From the NCBI GenBank assembly GCA_017499595.2, contig CM039003.1, positions 1,178,001 through 1,242,000 of the forward strand: a stretch of 64,000 nucleotides of DNA. Direction: 5' to 3'. This document shows positions 25,173 through 35,900 of this stretch, one piece after another (the first letter of the stretch is position 1; the number at the start of each line of letters is the position of its first letter). The DNA is from Psilocybe cubensis (Eukaryota). The position numbers and the translations under genes were made by a program. The notes under the pieces were generated by a model. The model was not told where the DNA came from. It saw nothing but the letters and a program-made list of their open reading frames with translations, and ran no database searches.

Positions 25173-26513
25173 ATGGACGTAAATATAGGTAAGGCAGCAT
25201 TCTTCGTAAACCTTTTCTAACAACAAACTAACGAACTTATTTGTTTCCTCTTTATTTTACAGTCGCAGCATACGGATTGGCTTTCAGCCATGCCTTGGCC
25301 ATTTTTTTGGTCGTCTTCAGGCTCATTATCAGGCGGTGCGACAAACGGTGTTGGTACGACGATGGGCTGGCGGCTGTGGCTGTGGTTGCAGACTTTGTCA
25401 TTGCCCTCACATTGTTTAAATTGGGTGCGTTGTGATACTTTTTTTTTTTTTTTTTTTCTTTTTGTAGCCAGTCTTTTTTTATTTTACATTGATTGACATA
25501 TATCATGGGGTTGCTATGTATAGCCATCGACACACCTACCGCCCTTCCTGTTTCCTACCGAGTCGAACTATTTGCGTTCTTTATAGTTTTGTGGTGCGTA
25601 GTCACTTTCCACAACAAGCATGGCCACTTATTACTACGAATGCGCTGTCCAGGGTCTCCCGCGCCAGTATAGTGCTATCACCGAATCGACTGCACAAGGC
25701 CAAACAACTCCGTGTATTATGGGGCTGGCTGTACGCTGTCATATTCATCGCAATCGGCATTATCTTCTCCACTTTCGCCATATTTGTGTGCAAGGTCAAC
25801 ACCGATTGCAAGTCGGATACTGTGTGTCCATGCCAACCACCTTACATTCTGCTGTTGTTTTCTCTTATAGGTAAGTCACACTTCATCTAATCGACTGCCC
25901 ATTGCTGACTGCTATATAGCTGAACTCATTGCTGATATCTTGATTATTCGACGAAGCTGGACTATACTAATAGTAGAAACCCGCGTGTCCTTTTTCAGAC
26001 TGACGCACCGTTGGCGTGCCGTCGCGTTAGGTTACAACAGCAGCGTTTTCATAATGCTGTCCAGCGCCGTGTGGTTCGGGATTTACGTCAAGTTAGCTCA
26101 ACAATATCCAATGTTAGTTGTGTATGCATTAAGCGCTACTGTGAGTTCTTTATCTACACCATCATCTACAACATTGCTTCATTCTGCCTCAGGCCCTCGT
26201 GTCCTTATTGGCCATCAATGTGCCCGTCATCACGGGACCTCCAAGCAACAAAGGTCGTCGCACCCGCCTTCCAGTTGCGGGGCAAGACGTCATTCAACTA
26301 AATCGTCTCCAACCAACCACCGCTGCAGGACATGATGTTATTCAACACAATCGTCTCCAACCGATGACCGATGCGGTAAATCACGAAACATTGGCAAATA
26401 TAGCAGAGGCAGTGGATCGCAACGCTTCCAAGATATACAGTGACAAAGATTCAGGCAAGGACATACAGTTTAGGGCGCCCAATAATTCTGTGGAAAGTTT
26501 GTTCGACGACTAG
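25173..26513 (+). CDS. Helitron cargo: PTH11-like / fungal rhodopsin-domain integral membrane protein, 6 exons
   Basis: Spliced MDVNIVAAYGLAFSHALAIFLVVFRLIIRRCDKRCWYDDGLAAVAVVAD...IVLWVSRASIVLSPNR...AELIADILII...ALVSLLAINVPVIT. The RL..R...W.DD and W..R.SI..S..R motifs are present, and all 5 introns are GT-AG and keep frame. Confidence 0.75.
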
Positions 26514-26687
26514 TAAACCGTATGCCAGTGCATGGTATCAATCCACACAATTAGCGCAGTCGATACATGAATGTTCAGTGTTATATAGATAGTTGCATGC
26601 TATATATATATTTTATAACTCGTTGATGAGGATGTCTGTATTGGTTACATTGTAGAGCATACAACACATATGACATACAGTAAACAA

Positions 26688-29391
26688 TTATGGCAAATGA
26701 GTACTAATGTAAATATCGTGTTCGTGTCTCATCTGATTCCGATTAGCATTCTTTCTCTTTTGAGTTTCATAGGCCACACAACAATTTTCGGTTGGCGTCA
26801 ATAGCTCGCCATCCACTATTTGATCAGCTCCTCGATCAGTGGGCAGTACTTGTTTGACCACCAATACCACGCCATTGGTATCCTTCCTAGAATGCACACG
26901 TCTGACGCATTTACCCGCGTGTTCTCCTTCAATGATGGCTAATAACCCAAAGTCGTGCTTGATGGTAGGATGTTTGGGCTTTATATGGGTCGATTCAATC
27001 CGTAACGTCCGCTTCGAATTGGGTGTAAATCGCATCATGCACAGCTGCCCATCCACGTCCTCCTGAACGATTACAAACAACGGAGAAACGTGTCCATCGA
27101 CGGTTGCCTCTTCCACCGTCAAAGGAACTCCAATCAGCTCTCGTTTCAACAAAAGATTACAAGGAGTGGTTAAAGATGCAACGTTGGTACCGTCGCTTGA
27201 ATTTACGACGACGGTTCCTATGCTAATGCTTGTTAAATCTTCTGAATGGTCAGATGGATCCCACGCAGGCGAGGTGTCCTCAATAGTATCAGGCAATGGT
27301 GTATGTCTGCCACTGTCAGCGCTTTCAGTTCCTGTGGTTATTATGATCGATGGGTTGGCGAAGTTACGAGACTGGTGGACAGCGTTCGAATCATACGTCT
27401 TCGACAGGCTTAGAGGCTCAAAGGTACTACAAGCCGTGAGCGCGAGTACAAATCGGTAAATGAAATACGCTTACCTGTATTCCAGTACGTCGTCTCTGTT
27501 CAAAACAATTTTCTTGAAGGGATTCGACGGATCATATCGAGTCGGCTCTACAACTAAACGCAACTCAGGTTGACCTGTTCTTGGGCTTACGGACTGTAGT
27601 ACCTCGGCGACAATGCCGATTAAGCCTTTGAACGTATGATGTACCTTGCTCACTATCACAGTTACACCTTTCCAACGATGATATCGGGTCGTGTGTGATG
27701 TTGGGATAAGCGCGAGGAGCGATGAAGGCTGACATGTCGTCGCATCTCCCAGAGAAACGAAATTCCTGTGCATATATATAATCTGAGATGTATGCATGAG
27801 CCAGAGTATATATACGGTTAAATGACAAATACTTGCCTCCAACATCGAGTCGGCTGTATTGATTTGCTGGTCTTTTGTAGTGCCTTGCTTATCGATTAGT
27901 TGTATTTCATCTCCCTTGATGTCCACGACCCAACCCGATCGTCCAGCATTAACGCCAGCGTCAACCCCTACGTAATCCCCTATTTCGAAATGTTTTAAGA
28001 TGTCACTCCATACGGTGCGTATTGTTGTCAACAGCTGGGTCGTAGTTGTATCAACTCTGTGGATTTCAGTTTCGTTGTAATGTTGACCAGTTTCGTCATG
28101 GTCGCAGCCTTTGTTGTATATATCGACATCGACCATATTATCGTCGTCGGCTTGCGCAATGACTCCGAGCCAACCTGTAGATCTCATTACCACCCATTCC
28201 ATGGTTCGCATGATCCATTCCTTTGGCTTTGGTATCGGCGCGTGATGGAGTGCGGGATGCCCACTCATACAAAATGATGTATACGTCACGTAACTCAGAC
28301 CTTCACGACATGAGGCAACGTGTCTGGGATCGTAGTCCACCCGGGCCAAACCATGCTCAAAGATCAGATCACCTACGCGATAGACAGATGCTCTGCCTGA
28401 TTCTATGTATAAATGAGAGTTACGAAGGCCTGTCGGATCGAATAGCTTAGGCGCGGGCACCGCAGTGTATGTCTTCCGTTTACGAGATGACTTCGTTTTG
28501 GTGGACACGTACTCGTAACGGGGGATCATAAGCATTGACACCCCCCACGATCCTTTCGAAACGACAAAGCCTACATCGCCTTTGTATACACCTCGTTTAA
28601 CCTTGAGCCATTTTCCGACCGATAGGTTCGTAATGTCCCCTCCCATGTACAACAGTTGCTGAGCCTCATTCTTATCGATCGGACTCAGGAGCACGTCCGT
28701 AGTTTTTACGATGATGCCGGGCGATCTTTTGATAAGGTCAATCATAGGCTGATCCATCAAACATTCCAAGTATATGTATCCATGTACAGAACTGCGTGAA
28801 AACGCGGACCGAATATGATGTTCTCGGCGCGAGTTTTTGAGTAAAGAAGCGACCGCGATTTCTTCGTATCCGACCTTACGTATTGTTCATCGATATGGTT
28901 GGCAACACACAAATTTAATTCGATGGTATTAAACTTACTTTACATCCAATCCTCCATGTAGGATAGTCCGTGGGCAGATTTTCGAAGCCCGAATCAGTGT
29001 TTCCGTGCGGTGACAAAACAGTAGGATTGTCAGCGTTTGAATACAATGGTTCCACACCCCGGTACATATCAGAGGCGGGCAGTGAGTGAGATCTACCACG
29101 TGTTCTCTCTTCAATTTGTTGAATTACGAGGGCCAGTCGGTCTCTCTTTGTAACAGGAATGGGTTTGTCCATTGCCACAGATGATGAACCGTCACAATCT
29201 TCATGGGATTGAGTTCCGTCGTCGATGAAGCATTCTGCGAGTAAATTTGGTTTATCTCGTATGTTGGAATGACATGAGACTGAGTAAAACGAAATATTAT
29301 GCGCACCAAATTCGTCAGATTCGGCTGAACCATCCTCTGAATCTCCGTGATCGACATTCGCTTCTAAGTCCAAGAATGGGTTGGGAGCCAT
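26688..29391 (-). CDS. Helitron cargo: Spt5-like transcription elongation factor paralogue (acidic N-term, NGN, KOW repeats)
   Basis: NPFLDLEANVD...FIDD (Spt5 N-term); PTWRIGCK|VGYEEIAVASLL...IRSAFSRSSVHGYIYLE (NGN); VGKWLKVKRGVYKGDVGFV...MIPRYEY...PKLFDP (KOW1); KHFEIGDYVGVDAGVNAGRSGWVV (KOW); HTFKGLIGIV (KOW); HIKPKHP...IIEGEHAGK (C-terminal KOW-like). Confidence 0.85.
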
Positions 29392-29993
29392 AGGTAGTCT
29401 AAAAAGAAGCAGAAAAAAAATTAAAAATTTGCCGTTTATATGTATAGCATTGCGTGAGTAGATATAGACATACTAAAGCAACGACTCTGCAAAGCAGTCG
29501 CTGACAGGTTTAAGGTGTTCTTCAAAATGAACTATCGATTTGAACACATTTAGAATACCATCAATATTTCTATCATATATCGTAATATAACCTACAGCCT
29601 AACAAATATTGTATATTAGCCTTGAAGATACGAATACTGGTACGATGTGGCAGCAAATGACAACGTCGAAAAAGGTGTTCAAGTCGGATAGGCACAGTTC
29701 TTAAACAGAGCGGTGAACGAAATTTCGGCAAGTTCCGATATCCCTTTGATGCGAAGGTATTAAAGGAACATGTACGACATTCTCCCACGCTTTTGGATCG
29801 TCCTTTCAACCACACGATGCTCGATGCAATGTAGTCTATGGGTTCAGATTATACAGCTGAGTCTAATAGACTGATACGCTGCGACACTATCGAACGATAA
29901 ATACCATACTGATATGAATATAAACAGTTGTTATCTGAGCATGTATCAACTGAGGCCTCCATAACCATAAAACACTTTGGATAAATTTTCATC

Positions 29994-32900
29994 TTATTCC
30001 CTCGCGTAAATAGCATACAATGCATGTTTCAAGTTTCCCCCATTTACGGAAATGCGTAGCCATTGAGATACATCATTAACAAGGTCATGAACATTACCCT
30101 CCTTTACGCATCTATTTCCAGTAGTAATGCCGTCGTGGAACCACACGTCCCCTTGCAGGTCAACATACCGAGAAACAAAATGATGTTGCCCGCCGTAGAC
30201 AACCCCAGTAAGCTTATACTCTACGTTGAAACTATCCGATTTGAACATAATATCAGGGTTTATAGCAAACCGTGGCGAGCATATATCCACTGTCATAATG
30301 TAAGGTAATCGTTCAACCTTATGGCATAGCGACATATATACGATATGCTGATTTTGTGCACACGAAGGGCAATTCTTCGAACTCAATCGTTGAGCATCGC
30401 TCAGGTTAAAACCTAAACTGTCTGAAATAGAAGACACCTCCTGGGAGTCGTCGTGGAAAACGCCAGTGCGTGCCACACTTATATATTCGCCTAGTCGCAT
30501 TACGGGTCTTTGGTCATTGTAGCCGCATTTACTGCACACGAGAACAGACATTCCAGAAGATCGCTGGCCCATCACAGCGGTCATAACTCTGTCAATGTAT
30601 GTCATATTTGGACCCATAGGAAAATCAAGCGGGCTGCGTGAGTGCATATCGTTTCTGACGTCGTTTCGTGCGCTCTCTAGAGAAATTGATCCATTCTGCA
30701 CAAGTGCGAATTGTCCGCTGAGTCTGTCTAATAACGGTGTCAAATCACTGAATCTATTGGTCCACATCTCAGGTGCACTTATCCATAGGTTATATAACAC
30801 GGTAAAGATGGAGTCGTAACTGCAACTGTAGTTGTCCGCGTCCCACTTTGTACCTACAGGTAGGACCGCAAACTCGGAGGGTGTGCTTAGCAACATTCGT
30901 TTCCTCGGTCCTATACAGTCTGAGCGAATTGGTTGGCGCTTATTGCGCTTATCTTTTGCCCTGTCGGTGACAATTGCCTTAACACTGTTGAGAGACCAGG
31001 TGCCGTCCTTTTCCGGAGTTCTGATAAGCTGCTTTGATGAAGAGACTGCCAAGGTAGGATGCCAGTCTGTACCAATGGATTGCGATACGTCGAGAAGCAT
31101 GAAAGACCGAATTGTCGGATTCCTTAATCCATGCAACACGCCGTCTGGAAGCTGTCCATTGTATTTCATGGTGGTGATATGATCTAATATATTGAGTTCA
31201 CGGAATTCCTGGCGCAGGTGCCCACTAATACCCTTTGTAATCTTAGACGCATCGAATCTACCGAGTAAGATGGTACCACTGGCGTTCGAACTTCTAGATA
31301 CACAGGTGTAATAAGACGAATGATCCTTACAATGATCTAAATGTATCAAGTTATAATCTCGCGTCTTACCTTGAGACGAATAATCGGTCATGGCAAAATT
31401 GGGCAGCACTAATACCTGCTGGCGGTTTACATTGATTTTTGTGCCAGACTTGAGAGTACATGTTACTCGAGACGACGTTCGCGTAAGTGGAACAACATTA
31501 ACAGGCAAGTCAGCTAATGATACAGGGTTCGGCGGTCTGATTAATTCCACGAACAGCGTATCAAGTACAGGTCTACCAAACGCACCAACAGAAGATTCCC
31601 ATCCTACGACGACAGCCTCCTGTCCTTTAGTGATACACAACTCTGTGGCGTCGTTATGCCGTATCATAACTGGCAGACCTACGCACAGAGAAAGTTTTGC
31701 TGGCACTTGTTCGCTAGAACAGGCGCTGCGACCCCATAGGGCTTCCTGAAGACGCTGGGACATCTTTGTCTGTTTGGTTGCTTTAGACGATCCTGATGGT
31801 CGTCCGCGAGGCCTGCGAGTTTCTCCTTCTTGTGTACCCAGACTATCGACAGAGAAAAAATGATGCAATGTACGTCCGCTCTCTTTAGCGTATCTTGCGA
31901 TGCCCTGCTCATTGAACCTATCCTTTTGATTATTCCACGCAGTGATAACAGATACGTTGCGAAAAGCAGGGTCAGTCAATATAGGTTTACCTTCAATAGT
32001 CGTCAGTTTAGAAGCTAACCTTGACTTGAGGAACGATATATCAGCGTCTGTACAGGCGGCATACCGCATGTTTTCAAGTGCAGTGCGCAACTTTGCGTCT
32101 TCCTCAGTCTGCGTTTTTTGTCTCATGTTTTGTTTTAGAATAACGACAGTCGTGAATTGGTGCCAGAATATCTTGCCTAGAGTAGCTTCTTGCTCGGACA
32201 CCTTCATGCGAGCGTCTTGCGTATGTTTAATGGAAGGACTATAAAAGGGGAGATTACCTACCGGCGGTAGCTGAGCGAAGTCACCAGCTAAGATCATTGA
32301 TATACCTCCGAACAGTGTATCGTCGTTAAACACTTGTGACAGACGTCTACTAATGGCATATAAATCCCTCGACGACAGCATAGATATTTCATCAATAAAG
32401 ATATACTTGACACCCTTTAATCGAGCTCGTACGTCATTTATTACTGCGACTTCGTTTTTTGAAAAGTCTTGACCACGATCCGACTTGGACCGTATTCCTA
32501 ATACACTGTGATAAGTAGATCCGTTGAGGAGTGCAGCAGCGGTACCTGTGGGTGCGAGAACCACAAATCGGTGAGATTCGCCTCTCGACTCAAACATATG
32601 AATGATAGATTTGATCACTTGACTTTTGCCAGTACCGCCCATGCCACCGAGATGCATCCTCAGCTGACCAGGCGACAGCAAACTAGCGTGATTGGCAACA
32701 ATACGGAAAGCCCTTTCCTGTTCCGTATTCAAGGTGAAATCGGCGACTGTAGAATCTACTAACACATTATGTTCCATTTGCTTTGCCTTGTACGACCTGA
32801 GCAGATAATCCGAAGAAACTACTTTGACGTCATTAGTAGACTCTTCGTTGGAAATATGAATGTTTGTTATATCATCTGAGGGATCTGAAGGCACGTAACC

Positions 32901-35900
32901 GGACAACTTCTGTTTAAACAGTCTAATTTTTTCAGCTTTTATTAGAGATGCCCAGCTCGTATGCGTCTTGTATTCAGCAGGCCTGAACATGCTGACTTCT
33001 TGACATGTAACATCGCTAGAGGCGTTAGAAAACAATCCTGCAGATTGTATGATGCCATCTACTTCTCGCTTTAACAACACCTCTCTGCGGTATGCCTCAC
33101 CAATCTCTTCATAATCTAAATGATCTTCACCGAATTCAAGGCCGACAAAGTCGTTGTATTGATCGTCGAGACCGCAACCATCAGGATAGAGTTCATCCGT
33201 GTAAACATCTTGTTGTTCTCCGTCTTTCCTTCTTAACTGTGCGTGAAAATCGTCTCTGTCGTCTAAACATTCATATCGCAGATTAAAGTTATCCATTAGT
33301 TTCAACTGTCGGTCGGAAAAAGCGTAAATGGTGAATGCATGTTCCCAAGTCTGATGCAATGATTTCAAATCTAACCCAGACCTCCAAGGTTTGAACAAGG
33401 TCAGCATACTGCAACAATAATACTCTCTGTCGCCTTTGTCGCGCCGTGGAAGGGGACCGCCTAGAAAATTGGGGACAATATTGTGCGCTCGGGATGAGTC
33501 ACATTTGACTACGTGAGTGGAATAAAGAGGGTGCTCCTCAGTGAAACGTTCAAAACTTCTTTTGTTTATTTTAATATTTTTTCGCACACCGTCATATTTA
33601 ACACGTTGATCAGAATCATCATCTGCAGGTATACCAAGACATGCATCAATGAAATCTTCCATCCCCCCGCCTTCACGTATGTCGGACGCATGATCATCTT
33701 CGAAGGTGAGTGTTTCACTACGCAAACGCTCCATTTCATTTTTAGTGAGCTTACGGCGCTCATAAGATCTAATCCAGTCGAATAGAGACATGTCTTCTTG
33801 AGTGACTGGGCGGTATTTATAATCATCTACATTACTAGAACCTACATAATGACCGTCATGTCGAGCTAATATAACTTTCTGTTCTTCATCTTCAGCATTT
33901 TCTAGATCCTCTACGGTAGGTAGGTGGGCGGCTTGGTCATCAGTGATACCGGATTTATGACTGCTCCTTGCGTCACTTACAAAACTTCTCCACCAAAAAG
34001 GTACAAAGGTATGATCAGTGTAATGATCAGGGTTGCCCAATAAATACAAGGAGGCCATCGGAGAACCTATCTCCATCTTAGAAGACAGAGAGTTGACAAT
34101 TTTAAGCATCAACCTTCTGCCTGCGTCTTTACCTTCAATCTTGACATCGTCTTTAACTTTTTTTTCTTCACGTTCAAACACGTCATACATAGAGGTAAAT
34201 ATCTGATACGTTTTCAATGCGGGTTTGCTAATATAGTCTGATATATAATATATTATTGCTTTTATCGAAGTACCCGACAACAGACATGTCACGTCGGTAT
34301 TACTTCTTGTGAGGTACGACAGCGGAAGAGTAAAGGTATTTAACATCGCTTCCAACTTTTTCAAAAATATGTGACCGTCGACGTGATCGACTTGAGACTG
34401 TTCGTACAGCCTTCGCGGAAATCGTGCTTTACAATTTCCATTCCAATCCAGGCAACCTTTCGGGCCCTTAGGCATATTTTTTATACCTTTTGATCCGTCA
34501 GGGTCATCAATTTGCTGACCGTATGAAACAGTGCATCTGTGCACATTGGACTTCAATATGATATCATCGACTGTAGTTTCGTAATTGTCCCACCATTCAG
34601 CATTAGAAATGCATGATGTGCAGTGGTCCGGACCATTGGAATCTTGACAAGCATGTTCTACCGGTATAGGGAGTGTTAGAGTCGGATCTGCGTAACTGGA
34701 ATTTACAGCCTCGTCATCCTCTTGTATAATTGAATGAAGTCCATCAATTTCTTTGTCGTAAATATGTGGCACGCGGTCTTTAACAGTCTGCATGTTTCCT
34801 GTAAGAAATTCGCCTTGATGACAGCCTTCCAAATATGATAGAAGGCTCGCCTGAAATGCAGAGTCGTTGTTCATAATACGGTCACGGATTTGCTGTGGAG
34901 ACAAGCAATTCTCAATCCATAGTAACATATGCAAATGTAAGGTGAGTCTTCCCTGCTGTTCTACCGTACCATAGTACGCTGAAGTTTTACCATACAAACC
35001 TCGATGAATATTGGATCCGACGCCTAGCACGTGTTTAATAAACAATTCAATTATGAGATGAAAAAAACGGGCAGCCGATACGGGATTCTGTGCAACCAGT
35101 CTATTCCTTTCAGAAGAAGGTAATATGTCTGGTGTAAAGGTCAGCTGTTCTTTGGCATAATATATTGATATAGGATGTCTGTTATCGGCAGGTGACAAGG
35201 TTATAAACCATATTGGGCAACCTTTGAAAGAAAGCAAAGACCATATCTCATTGCGCATATACTTTTTAGACGTGATTGACCCTTTAACATATCCTCCAAC
35301 GTGGTCAAGATCATCTAAAAGTTTGTAACAGTCTTTCTCACTGTCTGTTTCAGGTGATACATGGTCCCCATTTACAAGACGAGAGGAAATGTCTTGAAGA
35401 ACCGTTTTGTCTATAGAGAGCAATCTTTTAGATATCGCATCAAAATTACGGCGTTTTGCAACAAGAAAGCTACCAGTAACGCCACCTTTCAGTTGCTCGT
35501 GATTGAATGCAATAATAGGAAAATAAAGGTCGCGCTGGAAACGCTTATCATGGTGCATAAGCAGTATTCGCTTATGTTCTGACTCTGAAAGTTTACGCTT
35601 ATGACAATGCTGACCTATTCCACCATAACCGTAAGGAAATAGCCAAGGGAACATCTGCGGATAGGCCTGAGGATTATCGTACATAGACTGCGGTTTTGGA
35701 TCATGCCCAATAGCTAGCATTTTGCCTTCATTTTCTATGTGTTGCAAGGCTTTTGCCTTCAAAGCTTGTATGGACATATTGCCATAGTCTGTTCCACTCA
35801 AGCCATGGACAGTAAACGGACAAGGTCCGTCTACAGTTCCTTCATCTTCGCCTTCGTCGTGTAGACTCATTGTAGACTCCATACGATTAGTACCGTTGCG

